Positions 40,680 through 53,636 are shown, numbered from the stretch's first letter. The stretch: 64,000 nt of DNA from Octopus sinensis (GCF_006345805.1 NC_043000.1:77686001-77750000); one strand, 5' to 3'. The notes: generated from the sequence alone by a model not told the origin. Numbers and translations: made by a program.

Positions 40680-42190
40680 CGTTGTTGGATATATAAAAAA
40701 TAGAAAAGAGTGAAAAACTACAGAAGGCTTGTTTTATAAGGTTGAAGAATATATTTAAGTCGTTATGTTAGAAAAATGTTAGAAAATTTTGTGTATAGTA
40801 ACATAGTTTTTGGAGAAATAACCGGTTTCGTGTAAACTTGTTTTATACTCTGGAATGAAAACACAGATAAACTCCTAAAATTCAAAAACCTATTGAACAG
40901 CGTCCACCCAAAATATACAGTTCACAATGGAGTACAACCAAAAGGAGCTTCCATTCTTAGATATACTGATTAAAAAAAAATTAACCTAAAAATAGAAACA
41001 GGCATATTCTACAAAACCACAGACGCCAAACAATACCTACTTTTTTATTCATGCCACCCAAGACACACAAAAACAAACATCCCTTTCAACCTTGCAAGAA
41101 GGATATGCACAACAGTGTCAGAACAAAATACCAGGAACTTTAGACTACAAGAACTCAACAACACCCTTATTGACAGACACTACCCAGTTCAACTCATAGA
41201 GGATGGGATCAGACGTGCAACAGAAATCGACATAGAAACTTTGAGAAAAGTTCAACACAACAACACACCTTCCCCGAAAATACTACCTTACATATCCACA
41301 TACAACCCTAGAAACAAAGAAACCTTCACCATCATCACCCAGAATTTACCAATACTTCATAAGGACCCCACATTAAAGGAAATTCTAAACATACATAAAA
41401 TCATTAAAAGCTACAAACAATCTAAATCACTAAAAATGATTCTCACAAAGGCAAAATTGTTTTCTGAAATTGCGGATGCAAAAGTAAAAAAATGTGGTAG
41501 ACCAAACTGCGCAACATGCCCAAACTTTCTAGAAGGATCGGAATTCCTTTTCAAAGAGGGACAAAAATTCAAGATCAAATCTAATTTTACTTGTGCTTTT
41601 GAAAACATAATTTATGTCATAAGATGCTCGGGCTGCCACCAAAACTCCGTAGGGTCCACGGAATTATTACTCAGACGCAGATGCACTCTGCATCGACAAC
41701 AGATTGCATTCCCAGAATACAGAATGATACCCTTTAGTGAGCATATTGAGAAATGCGCAAAGCAACTACTATCACAATTTTTAATCTTTCCATTTTATCA
41801 ATGTGCCATTGGAACACCAACACAAATTAGATTAAACAAGGAAACATTCTTCATTGAAAAATATAAGCCTAAACTTAACCATTCTAACATTCTTACACAG
41901 AGAAACTCATCTCATTGAAAAAAAGAAAAAATATAAAGCGATTATCTCACTTATACCGGAAGAAATCCCTGATTACCTCCCCCTGCTTGGAACTCTTCTT
42001 TGCACTACATAACGAAGACATGGCACGATGTAGGCAAAGAAATTTGAGAAATTTGAAAAGTTTACACGGTTTCTCCAAAAACTGTTACTATACACAACAG
42101 TTTATAACATTTTTCTAACATAACGACATAAATATATTCTTCAATCTTATGAAACAAGCCTTTTGTAGTTTTTTCACTCTTTTCCATTTA

Positions 42191-42195
<5 letters not shown>
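40680..42195 (+). mobile_element. AT-rich Neptune-like PLE with an inverted 5' copy of its 3' end
   Basis: ORF 41115-41918 (KCGRPNCATC, NIIYVIRCSGC, ETFFIEKYKPKLN); RT thumb remnant upstream; about 40680-40848 is an inverted copy of about 42045-42195. Confidence 0.88.
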
Positions 42196-42245
<50 letters not shown>

Positions 42246-42953
42246 CATATTTTAATATATACATACATACTTACATTCACACCCACCCACATCATACATA
42301 TATATATATATATATATATGAATGGTTAAATAGCTGGATGGTTGGGTGGCTGGATGGCTGCATGGCTGGAAGGATGTTTAGAAGTATATGTTTATAAATG
42401 TCTCATTTCCATAGAGTCACGCTTCGTGGAATATAGAGCAATATTTCATGCTGACAGGTTTAATGTTCTACTTGTTTGTTTCTGCATGTATTATTGTGCT
42501 GAGTTTATTCTCAGTTTCAGCACTGAGTTTCATAATCGGCGCTGTTCACCTAACTGAAACGTAAACTTATTGTATTTGTATAAAAAAATATGACAAACTT
42601 GGATGTTTAAGGACACAAAAAAATGTGTTAACCTACAAACGAAGAAAAAAGTTATGAAAATAAATTTATGAAAAAACCCGAACAACGAAAACAAATTTAT
42701 AATAAAAGAATGTGTATATATACACATAATTTCACACACATGCGCCCACATGCTCATGCGCACACACATACATATACCAGTAACGACACCAGACATCATG
42801 GAAGGACGGTTAAATAACATACACGATATGTCAAAACTTTCGTCGTACAACTGTGGCCTGTCATTTTTCCATGTAGTTGCTTGCTTATTTAATTATATTT
42901 TCTTTATAAAACCAAAGCAATTTATGAAATAGAACAGATTGATGGTATTATCT

Positions 42954-43620
42954 GATATCCAAATGTTTCAAGGTTAGGACCTCTTCCTCAGGAAATCATT
43001 AGAGAAAAGTTATTCGCTGGTTACTCTCTCCTGTAGTGTGTATGTATTTGAATGTATCATTATAGTAACCAATCGGCTCCGTTCTGTTATAAATAAATGG
43101 GGTATGTTTTTTTAATTAAAAGAGCCTCTTTTATTCTGAAGTACCCAAAATGTCTTTCTGTTGCTTCAATAAAAGCCTGGACGTCCTGAGAGGTGTTTTT
43201 TGACTGAAGACAGATTAGCATGGAAATGTTCCTTTATCGGTATATGCAATTGTCTAATGATGCTTCTGATGTAGAATTCCTTGCATCTGGTGCAGTTGAT
43301 TGTTTTTACACTACGTTGGACAACAGACATGTATCTACATTTTTGATCGAGCAGTTGGTGTTGTTTTGTCTTAGCTTGCATTTAGTTATAAACTTCCCCA
43401 GGGAAGGTCCGAAGTATGCCAATTGTATATTCAATCCCTCTCTACAGATCTCATAGTGGATAACAGCAGCTGATTTTTCATTAAAATGTGACATTTTCAC
43501 AACACATATGTTATGATTGGATGTGTAGAATTCGCGAGGTGTCTGGTGGTGTGTTGGCGTTTAGTGAAATAATATGAATTGCCGTTCTCCTTCGGGGTCT
43601 TTTTGAATCGCACGGTGTTG
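42954..43620 (-). mobile_element. Penelope-type GIY-YIG fragment with a downstream degenerate hammerhead
   Basis: Frameshifted CLLSNVV/INCTRCKEFYIRSIIRQLHIPIKEH...SSVKKHL; GATTTC-CTGAGGA-A-GAGG..CCTT-GAAA motif at 42954-42997. Confidence 0.7.
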
Positions 43621-43742
43621 ATGTGTTTGCTTTCTGCCTCCCTTGCGTTTCTTATGAATCTCATTTCTAATATAGGCTATCTATGCTATGAGAGGTAGGA
43701 GTGCACTGAAATGTAAAAATAGGGTCTTATATATATATATAT

Positions 43743-43789
<47 letters not shown>

Positions 43790-43793
43790 TATA

Positions 43794-43836
<43 letters not shown>

Positions 43837-43844
43837 ATATATAA

Positions 43845-46290
43845 TTGTCGCTTTTTACATTAGAGTACTATAGAGAGTCAAAGGATAGAGAAAGTAAACC
43901 TCGGCTTCTCATTAAAAGACATTCCCATACCAACCAAGAACGAATATTTAAAGCAACTATCAGCCAACACAAGCTCCTACATAAGAAGTATGAGATGGAA
44001 AGCATCCTTCTACGACAAGAAAAACAGCACACAGGAATACCAGAAGGAAGAAAACGCACTCAAAAAGAGTTCAAATCTCTGAGAAACCCACTAGCAAATC
44101 AACACCCGACGCAATTCGAAGGAGAACTATGCAAAATAATAAAAACATCAAAATCAGGAAATACCCAACAAGAAACAACGAACACCAACAGAAACTGGAA
44201 AAACTACTGGAGGCTTTTAAAAATACAAACGGAATACTAGTGCCTGCGGACAAAACCGGTGGCCTTTATATTGTAAACACCATACTATATGATAATTTGA
44301 TTAGAAAAGAAATACTTAGCAAATACAAACATACACCCAACAACACCTTAACTAATATAAACAACAAAGGATATGAAATAGTAAAAAAGACTAGAGATAG
44401 AAGATAGGACGGAACCACATGTCCCAAGAAAACATAGGATAAATCTTAAACACAATAAAAATAACTTTGATAGTGAGTCAATGTCAGATTAATAAATCCA
44501 TCGAAATTGGACATAGGACTATAAGCAAAAGCATCATACATAAAATGATGCCCCCAACTCAAAATCAATATTAGACTTTCCTGATGGTCAGATACTCAGG
44601 ATGTAATTGGATGGTTTGAAAAAATAGAAAAGAACAAAAAACTCCAAATTTATACAATTTATGCAATTAGATGTAGATAACCACTACTCCACCCACAATT
44701 AACCTTATAATACTCAATAAAGCACTCATACTTGCAATGAAAAATTCTAGCCTATCTAAGTCAGATGTAGATATGATGTTAACAGCAGGAGAAACCGTCA
44801 TTGATTATGACAACAAACTATGGACTAGATCAGTTAGAATGAATTCCTTCGACATACCAATGGGTTCGAGTGACTCAGCTCAGGTCACGGATATCGTAGG
44901 AATTTACATCTTATTCCATATCAAATCCTCATTCCCACAAATAACGGGGGCTCTATACGATGTCCTTTTCGTAATAAATAATTCTACTAAAGTAGAAATA
45001 GAAAAATACAGAAAAAAGTACATAAATTATGTAAAAGTTTCGATCTATCTATAACCATTAGCGTAAGGCAGTTTCTTAGATGCTAATTAGATATTACTTG
45101 GATGCTATTAACGTAGAAACAGGGATGTATCAACCATACCACAAACTGAACGAGTCTTAGACACATAGATGTAAAGTCCAATTATCCACCATCCATAATC
45201 AAAGGAATAGTTAGGAATTTAGCCACCAGTATATATCGCGTCTGTCAGCCACCGAAACAACATTCAACATACATTCACCTTACTACACTGAAATACTAGC
45301 TAGGGCCGAGTATATGGAAAATAATCAAATTCACGCCTGGAGAAGCCCTAAATAATACTAATACCCACGCATCGAAAGTAGATAACACAGCAAACACATA
45401 ACAATAAAAACACAAAATAAACAAGATAGGAAAAATAAACAAAACCCAAAAGAATAACAATAATAACAAAAACGACGCACAAAATGCCAATAACACACAA
45501 AATAGGTTAAAGGAACCAAACAAAAATTATTAAAATTTCGAGGTCTTATGGTATAACCCAATTTTCAGATTTCAAATGTTATCGAAGATAGTTAAACAAT
45601 TCCTTGCAGCGTTAGATAGGTGTTTCTCTAAAACACATAAATACCATCGTATCTTCAACATGCACACAGTGAAAGTATCATACGCCACGTCGAACAACAT
45701 GGAGTAGTACATACACAAATACAACAATAAAAAGTACACATGCAAACAACAACCATAGACAATGAACAAACAGAGCAAAATAACACAGGGCACAGGAACG
45801 ATAACGAAAATAAACAGGATAGGAATCACAACACATGGATAGCGACCCCGACAGTTATAATAGGATCCAAACAAAAACTCAAAAAAGACTCAGCAAAACA
45901 GACAATAGCATCAAGAACTGCTAAGACACTGCTAAGCAACCGGAACATCACAATATCAAATACAAAAGTTACCAAATAACTACCAAAATAATAATAGTGC
46001 AAATCATGGCAGCCGTCGCAAGAAATATGCATGTCCGCTTTATGAACCAATGCATGCAAAAAGAAAAGAAACATCATATATAAATGCAAAATCACTAAAC
46101 CACTACATAAATACGCTTACATAGGAGCCTCCGAAACCAATTCAAGGCCCGTTATCGCAACCACATCTCCTCATTCAAAGAGATGAGCCGGCGACTCGCA
46201 ATATCACAATCGGACCTAATATAGAGATTCAAAGAAGGAAAAATATAAAATAGAATGGGCAATAATAAAAGAATGCACACACATTAAAAT
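43845..46290 (+). mobile_element. Naiad-like PLE, long but heavily decayed
   Basis: VPADKTGGLY, SFDIPMGSSDSAQVTDIVGIYIL (RT), NIIYKCKI and YIGASET (GIY-YIG); numerous stops. Confidence 0.8.
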
Positions 46291-46628
46291 TGTCTAAACC
46301 CCATTTTCAGCCATAACTTTTACCAGGTTTGACGTATTTTGTTCAAACTTGATGCCGATGTTACTAAGGAATCGTCGGATCTTTGACTGTTTAAAGTTCC
46401 CCCCCCCCCAAAAAAAGTCGATGAGTGGAAAAATTGGTAAACCGATACCTTATGGGATTTCCCAATCAAATTGTCTGCAACTCACTTTCAGCCAAACGTT
46501 TACCAATTCAAATGGATTTTGCACAAATTTGATGTCGGTGTTGGTTAGTTTGGTTTGAAACAAAGCGCTTGATTAATTTAATGATGATCTCAACTTAATC
46601 CCGGACAACGCCGGGCTATACTGCTAGT
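46290..46628 (+). mobile_element. Non-autonomous Helitron-like element, 3' end
   Basis: Hairpin CCCGG-acaacg-CCGGG at 46600-46615, then 8 nt, then CTAG (46624-46627) followed by T. Confidence 0.65.
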
Positions 46629-46681
46629 GTAAATATATATATGTAAATATATATGTATATATATATATATATATATATGTG

Positions 46682-46782
<101 letters not shown>

Positions 46783-46889
46783 TCGGGGTGAGTACTTGAT
46801 AATTATAAGCACCTGTGTATACCGTTTGGTGGTGTAGGTGGTGGAGTAAATTGATCAAAATAAAATAAAAACATGATGCGAAGGATTCA

Positions 46890-46967
46890 GCGGTACATAT
46901 GTTTCGGGCCTTTATTAGACAGATTTATAACAATGCATAATGTATGTCTGTGGCCTTCTTCAGCCGC
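46890..46967 (-). ncRNA. Type I hammerhead motif, long stem II (PLE A, sense copy)
   Basis: GCGG-CTGAAGA-AGGCC...GGCCC-GAAA-CATATGT-A-CCGC. Confidence 0.75.
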
Positions 46968-48923
46968 GCACAACAGCTTCCACAAGGACATGTGTTACAT
47001 CAAAAATTCTTGGTTGGGGATGCAAATCCTCTCATTCACGTACGACATAATGCGGCAGCAGCATAGAATTGAAGCGTCCATCTCTTTCTTCTCTCAATGT
47101 AGAATGAGGAAAATTGGATGTTGAGGTAATGTAAATAAATAAATACATATATAGAGGTGAAGGTGGAGGGGCGAGAGTTCGGGACGAGGGATAAAAAATG
47201 TATAAAAAGTGTAAGTATAGAATAATATAAAAATGTAGAGGATAAAGATATAAAGAGTTGTAAGGAGATGTAAAGGGGGTATAAAGAAATATAAGAAATA
47301 TAAATAAATGTAAAGGCATAAGGTTATAAAGTAAAAATAGAAATAGAAATAAAAGTAAAAAAACCTGATAAAACCATGATATAAAAGTGTAAAGAAGTAA
47401 AGATAAGGGATGTATAGAGGTTACGGACCAAGCATGGTGGTCAGGAGATTGATAAAATTTAGTTGTAGAATTGTCAGTAAATCAACAGTTTCGTCTGGGG
47501 ACTTAATGCGTTGTAAATATGTATGTGTGCGTACACACACGTACGCGGACGCTCGTATATTCAAAAGGTGGATCCATAGGTAAGTAAATAAATAAATATA
47601 GAGGTGTAAAGCGATAAGTTAGGGGTAAGAATGAGGGTAAGGGTAAAGATTAGAAATAAAAATACAGTATAAAATAAGAAATACAATGTAATAGTTAGAA
47701 ATGAAGTATAAGAAATAAAAATTATAAGAGTTAAGGTAAAGGATGAAAATGAAATGAGAATAAATGGAAGTAGAATAAAAGTAAAAATAAAATTAAAAAT
47801 AAAAATAAATGGAAGTAGATAAAAGTAAAAATAAAAGTAAAAATAAAATAAAATAAAATAAGATAAAATAAGATAAAATAAGATAAAATAAAATAAAATA
47901 AAATAAAATAAAATAAAATAAAATAAAATAAAATAAAATAAGATTAAATAAAATAAAATAAAATAAAATAAAAAAGATAAAAATATAATTTTGTAAAGTT
48001 AACATGAGATGAAGGTGGTTGAAGTTAGAGGTGTGTGTTAAACGTAGGGGCGGGCGGGGGAACTGAAAATTGGAAGGGTGGGAAGTGGAGTTTGGCGGTG
48101 TGCGTTCAACATCTGAGTTAGAAATGTGAAAGGGTATAGATGTAGGGAATTAAAGAGACTACATAGGGAGGATATGGGTGTAGGAGAAGAAATATTTAGG
48201 GAAAAGAAGTCATATGTGGGAGACAAAATTTGTATATATAGGGGAAAATGCAGGGAACCGTATATGCACATACACACACCACACACACACAACACACACA
48301 CACGCACATGTATATATATATGTATGTGTACACATACGTACACGTATGTGCACATACATACGCATACACACACACACACACACACACATACACACGCACA
48401 TATAGGAAAGCGGGATGTGCTGGAGCCGACAGGTTGCACCGGGTGGGAGGAAATTGCATGGGGGAGTTGGTATAAGACCTAAGCATTGTAGTATTTGAAA
48501 GTATTAATAAGTTTATGTATACAGGATGGTTTGAACTCTGACCTTTTGTTAATAAGATTGTGTTTGTCTTTGAATTTCAAGATGTTCACGAGTTCTACAC
48601 AGAATAGTTGACATCCTGCTCTATTATTTAAATAAGGTGCAGCTGATCCGATGATGGACCATCTGAGTTTGAAGTCTATGCATTTGTCTTTTAATTCCCA
48701 AATTCTTTTAGAGAGGGAGGTGCTGTTAGCCTTATGTCTGTGTCTCAGCGAGGACCGGTGGTTGTAGTATCTGGATTTCCAGGAGGTTGAGCAACCAATA
48801 TAGGTGAGTGTGTTAAACTGAGTACTCACCTCACATGAGTATATTACGTTTTTCGCCCTACGTTTTCCTCCCACCCGGTGCAACCTGTCGGCTCCAGCAC
48901 ATCCCGCTTTCCTATATGTGCGT

Positions 48924-48961
<38 letters not shown>

Positions 48962-50548
48962 TTTTATCGATGATGGACCATCTGAGTTTGAAGTCTATGC
49001 ATTTGTCTTTTAATTCCCAAATTCTTTTAGAGAGGGAGGTGCTGTTAGCCTTATGTCTGTGTCTCAGCGAGGACCGGTGGTTGTAGTATCTGGATTTCCA
49101 GGAGGTTGAGCAACCAATATAGGTGAGTGTGTTAAACTGAGTACTCACCTCACATGAGTATATTACGTTTTTCGCCCTACGTTTTTATCCTACTTCCATT
49201 TATTTTTATTTTTAATTTTATTTTTACTTTTATTCTACTTCCATTTATTCTCATTTTCATTTTCATCCCTTACCTTAACTCTTATAATTTTTATAATTCT
49301 TATACTTCATTTCTAACTATTACATTGTATTTCTTATTTTATACTGTATTTTTATTTCTAATCTTTACCCTTACCCTCATTCTTACCCCTAACTTATCGC
49401 TTTACACCTCTATATATGTTTATTTACTTACCTATGGATCCACCTTTTGAATATACGAGCGTCCGCGTACGTGTGTGTACGCACACATACATATGCACGC
49501 GCATATATGTACATGCATACTTCGATATCTTATAGCTATACCCGTGTGCGCGTGTGTCTCTGTGTGTGTGTATATGAGTGTATATGTGCACGCACATACG
49601 GACACACAGCCGTGTGTGCGTGCGCATGTTGACATGAGTACGGGATTCTTTACTTACGTTCTTATACACATCCTTTAATATCTTATACCTGAACCTAGAG
49701 GCGTGGGCATATACGTGTGTGTATGTAGTGATGGGCGCGCGTATATACATGTGAGCGTGTACGCGCGTAATGTCCGTGTATATATGTGGATATTCTGTTG
49801 TATGTATGTGTGTGTACGCGCGTGCGTGTGGGGTGCGTGTGTGTTTATGTACGTGTTTACGCGCGAGTGCGTGTGTATGCTTATAGGCTTGGAGGCGTAT
49901 ATGTACGCGTGTATGTGGGTGTATGTTCCATGATGATATGTATGTACTAGAAGTCCATTTAATTCAAGGAACCAGATTAAATGCTCATCAGCTCTGATTT
50001 ACAACGCATTAAGTCCCCAGACGAAACTGTTGATTTACTGACAATTCTACAACTAAATTTTATCAATCTCCTGACCACCATGCTTGGTCCGTAACCTCTA
50101 TACATCCCTTATCTTTACATTCTTTTACACTTTTATCATGGTTTTATCAGGTTTTTTTACTTTTATTTCTATTTCTATTTTTACTTTATAACCTTATGCC
50201 TTTACATTTATTTATATTTCTTTATATTTCTTTATACCCCCTTTACATCTCCTTACAACTCTTTATATCTTTATCCTCTACATTTTTATATTATTCTATA
50301 CTTACACTTTTTATACATTTTTTATCCCTCGTCCCGAACTCTCGCCCCTCCATCTTCACCTCTATATATGTATTTATTTATTTACATTACCTCAACATCC
50401 AATTTTCCTCATTCTACATTGAGAGAAGAAAGAGATGGACGCTTCAATTCTATGCTGCTGCCGCATTATGTCGTACGTGAATGAGAGGATTTGCATCCCC
50501 AACCAAGAATTTTTGATGTAACACATGTCCTTGTGGAAGCTGTTGTGC

Positions 50549-50626
50549 GCGGCTGAAGAAGGCCACAGACATACATTATGCATTGTTATAAATCTGTCTA
50601 ATAAAGGCCCGAAACATATGTACCGC
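50549..50626 (+). ncRNA. Type I hammerhead motif (PLE A, inverted-arm copy)
   Basis: Reverse complement of 46890-46967; predicted cleavage after 50622. Confidence 0.75.
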
Positions 50627-50672
50627 TGAATCCTTCGCATCATGTTTTTATTTTATTTTGATCAATATATAT

Positions 50673-50716
<44 letters not shown>

Positions 50717-50773
50717 ATATTAGTGAGGGAAGAAATGGAGCTGAACGAAGATTTTACAAAATTCCTTTTTATT

Positions 50774-50859
50774 ATTTTCTACACATGTTTCAAAGGCTGC
50801 AAATTCCCTAATTCGGATTGAATAAGGAGACCATTTTGCAGCATTCTCTTCAGGAAAAT
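50774..50859 (-). ncRNA. Type I hammerhead motif (PLE B, inverted-arm copy)
   Basis: Reverse complement of 53054-53139. Confidence 0.8.
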
Positions 50860-50947
50860 CCAGGAACTTAAATCTCCAAACAAATGCGCAGCAAGCTTTT
50901 CGAACAAACGCTCCCTAGGAGCCCATGGTAAGAATGGCACAAGACTG

Positions 50948-52444
50948 CCCCTACCACAAGCCTTCCACTAACTTAAAGTATGTCAGTGTTTTCTCGAACC
51001 ACGCTAAAACTATAACAGACAATTTGGTTAAAAATGTTTCTCAAAGATTAACTAATTTGTCTGCCAATGTCGACATTTTTAGGCAGAAAGCGGAATTTTA
51101 TAATGCCGCCCTGTCTAAAGCCGGTTATAGGGAGAAGGTAGTATATATAGATCCGGCCCTTCCGATGCCAGCATTCTGTCATCAGGATAGGGCCAGCTAC
51201 AATAACATGAATAATTTAAGTAGTGATGGTAGCCTGAGGAATGTCGAAACAAGTACATCTAGAATAAATATAGATGACATAAATAATTTGCGGTCCAGGG
51301 GAGGCCATAGTAAGCCAAAACCTATTATTCAACCTAGAAATACCCACCTTAATGTCAGAGTTGGCTCCACGACCCAGTACAAAAACAGGAATAAATATAT
51401 TTGGTTTGTAATTCCCTTTGGTAAACAAATAAGATCTAACCTACCCCTGCAGTTTCGCCAAGTTTCGCCAAGTTTCGCCAGTTTCGCCAGTAATTTTCCC
51501 AGAAATTCCAGATATTACGCCACTGTTAACTCACACAAAGTTAGGATAGCCTTCTCCAATACTAAAAATCTCTCACAGATAATTTCCTCCCATAACAATA
51601 AGCTGCTAAATAAGACCCTCTCACCCACGTTCGGAGACGCAGCTCCGTCTAATGCCAGAATAACGCGCAGTAATAATAATAATAATAAAATGATAATAGA
51701 ACCGACACAGAGATTAGCAATCTCCATACCAGCCATGGAGTTAATAATAGGAATAAGGATAGGAGCAATGGTGACGGCATTAACGTTAGTAATGGGAATA
51801 GGGATGAGAGCACTGCCCGAGTCATTAAAGTAGAGAGTCCCAATAACAATTTTAGCAGCGGGTTTAACAACAGTAGCATCACGGACATTAGCAATCACAG
51901 CGATCTCAGTGGCAGGGAATATACAGGTGATATTCCATTAAATAGTATTGATAATGGGGTGTATAATGTCGAAGACAGCCGTAGTTCTTACAATCATCAT
52001 AGTAATAAGAACGCCGTATTAATATCGGAAGCCAATCCCAATAGAATAAGGTTCTTATCTAGTAATTCCAAGATTAGAAATGCCATTTACCAATGCAGAG
52101 TTTATACTGAATCAGATGTCTACTTGTATATCGGAGCGTCATCATCAAAATTGGCCGTGAGAATATCGAACCACTTCACAACGTTTCGCGATTTTGGAAA
52201 ACAACACGCGACCGGACTAAGTAAATTAATCTGGCGTTTGAAGAACGCGAATTCAGCCTTTAGACTGGAATGGTCGATTTTATCGGTGTCTGTACCGTTT
52301 GATAGAGGCAAAAGAATCTGTAATCTTTGCAACTCTGAACTTTTTCACATTTTGTTCGCACGAGGGCAGTTAGTTAACTGGATTTTGCAAAACCCTTTTA
52401 GATGTCCCCACTGGAGGCGGCATACATTTCTTGCATACAATTGA
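50948..52444 (+). pseudogene. PLE B RT C-terminal region, long N/S-rich linker and GIY-YIG, split by one frameshift near 51688
   Basis: PYHKP...SNH...YIWFVIPF...ISSHNNKLL in ORF 50925-51833; frame switches in (AAT)n; then AIYQCRV...YIG...RISNH...CNLCNSE in ORF 51959-52444. Confidence 0.85.
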
Positions 52445-53053
52445 AGTCTAAGATAATTAACACCTTGATGTCCTAAGAAAGAAAAAAATTTTTGAAAAAA
52501 ATTTGGAAAAAAAATTTTGAATTAAATTTGAAAGGGGAAATTACTCCCCTTTTAGCGTATGATCTGCTACTTATTTAGAAGCAATATCAGGGATTATACT
52601 CCCCTTGTTTGACAAGTCATCTGTTTATAAACTGGTCACAGACGAACACACAGACACAGGTTTTTATCAGCTGCTTGACCAACAATAGCCGCAACATATT
52701 TTCTCCCTAGCTGCTTCCTAGGCATATTGCCACACATACATAGGCGCACACACACATACATGTAGGTAGTTTCTCACACCCAAATAAGATAGCTTTCATT
52801 CTTAAAACAATTCGAACATTAACACTAGTTATACAGAATATGTTCACACTCTGGTTTTCTGCAATTCTTCCCCTACCCAATGTTAACCGGAATTTGACCT
52901 CGAATTAACTCAACGGACTTTTTCGTCGGCCTTCACCCACCCTGACGTCAACGCATATTGAGAGACAGTCTTGTGCCATTCTTACCATGGGCTCCTAGGG
53001 AGCGTTTGTTCGAAAAGCTTGCTGCGCATTTGTTTGGAGATTTAAGTTCCTGG

Positions 53054-53139
53054 ATTTTCCTGAAGAGAATGCTGCAAAATGGTCTCCTTATTCAATCCGA
53101 ATTAGGGAATTTGCAGCCTTTGAAACATGTGTAGAAAAT
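53054..53139 (+). ncRNA. Type I hammerhead motif with long stem II (PLE B, sense copy)
   Basis: ATTTTC-CTGAAGA-GAATGCTGCAAA...TTTGCAGCCTTT-GAAA-CATGTGT-A-GAAAAT; 6-bp stem I; predicted cleavage after 53133. Confidence 0.82.
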
Positions 53140-53347
53140 AATAAAAAGGAATTTTGTAAAATCTTCGTCCAGCTCCATTTCTTCCCTCACTAAATATAAA
53201 ACTTCAATTATCCGCACTAAGGCACGGTTGCGATACCCCATGGTCGTAACCTCAACCGTGATTTTTCTGTTGTGATTTTTGCTACCCAGGTATCGGTTAT
53301 AATTTGAATAATCCGTAACAAGATAATTCATTTATCCATTTCATTAA

Positions 53348-53379
<32 letters not shown>

Positions 53380-53580
53380 GTAATTATATATATATGTAAA
53401 TATATATATATATATATATACATATATGCGTGCGCGCGCGCACACGCACATATGTATATATATCTTGCACATATGTATATATATCTTGCAATGCCTGTAC
53501 CACTTTGTGCACTCATTCACTTTAGTGACGTCTATGTATATTATATATAAATATGTGCGTGTGTATGTGTAACGTAAGTT

Positions 53581-53636
53581 TAGAAAAAACCATTGGTTTC
53601 ATATCTAGCGTGAACTAGACACCTCTTCAGTTTCTA
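53581..53636 (-). ncRNA. Hammerhead motif (PLE C, inverted arm)
   Basis: TAGAAA-CTGAAGA-GGTGTCTAG..CTAGATAT-GAAA-CCAATGGT-T-(T)TTTCTA. Confidence 0.6.

Larger units (their letters stand above)
46851..50665 (-). mobile_element. Naiad-like PLE A: truncated GIY-YIG between ~1-kb inverted arms
   Basis: ORF 48479-48883 (NVIYSCEV...YIG...RYYNH...LSKRIWELK...LINKRSE...CIH); arms 46851-47824 versus 49183-49494 plus 49997-50665. Confidence 0.88.
50720..53340 (+). mobile_element. Naiad-like PLE B: young, 5'-truncated, with inverted 5' arm
   Basis: 228-bp arms 50720-50947 and 52966-53193 (one mismatch found); RT C-terminus and GIY-YIG in between. Confidence 0.9.

Noticed and set aside
50925-50947. ATG at 50925 as the true start of a 302-aa gene
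   Set aside because: These codons come from the inverted arm; PLE homology begins at 50948 in the middle of the RT C-terminal region.
48479-52444. Prokaryotic or organellar homing GIY-YIG endonucleases
   Set aside because: Context (PLE RT remnants, pLTRs, eukaryotic SINEs and microsatellites) and C-terminal motifs fit Penelope-like elements.
50720-53193. DNA transposon with 228-bp TIRs carrying a nuclease
   Set aside because: No transposase or TSD; the arms are copies of the hammerhead-bearing PLE 3' end, and the right-hand repeat extends beyond the arm.
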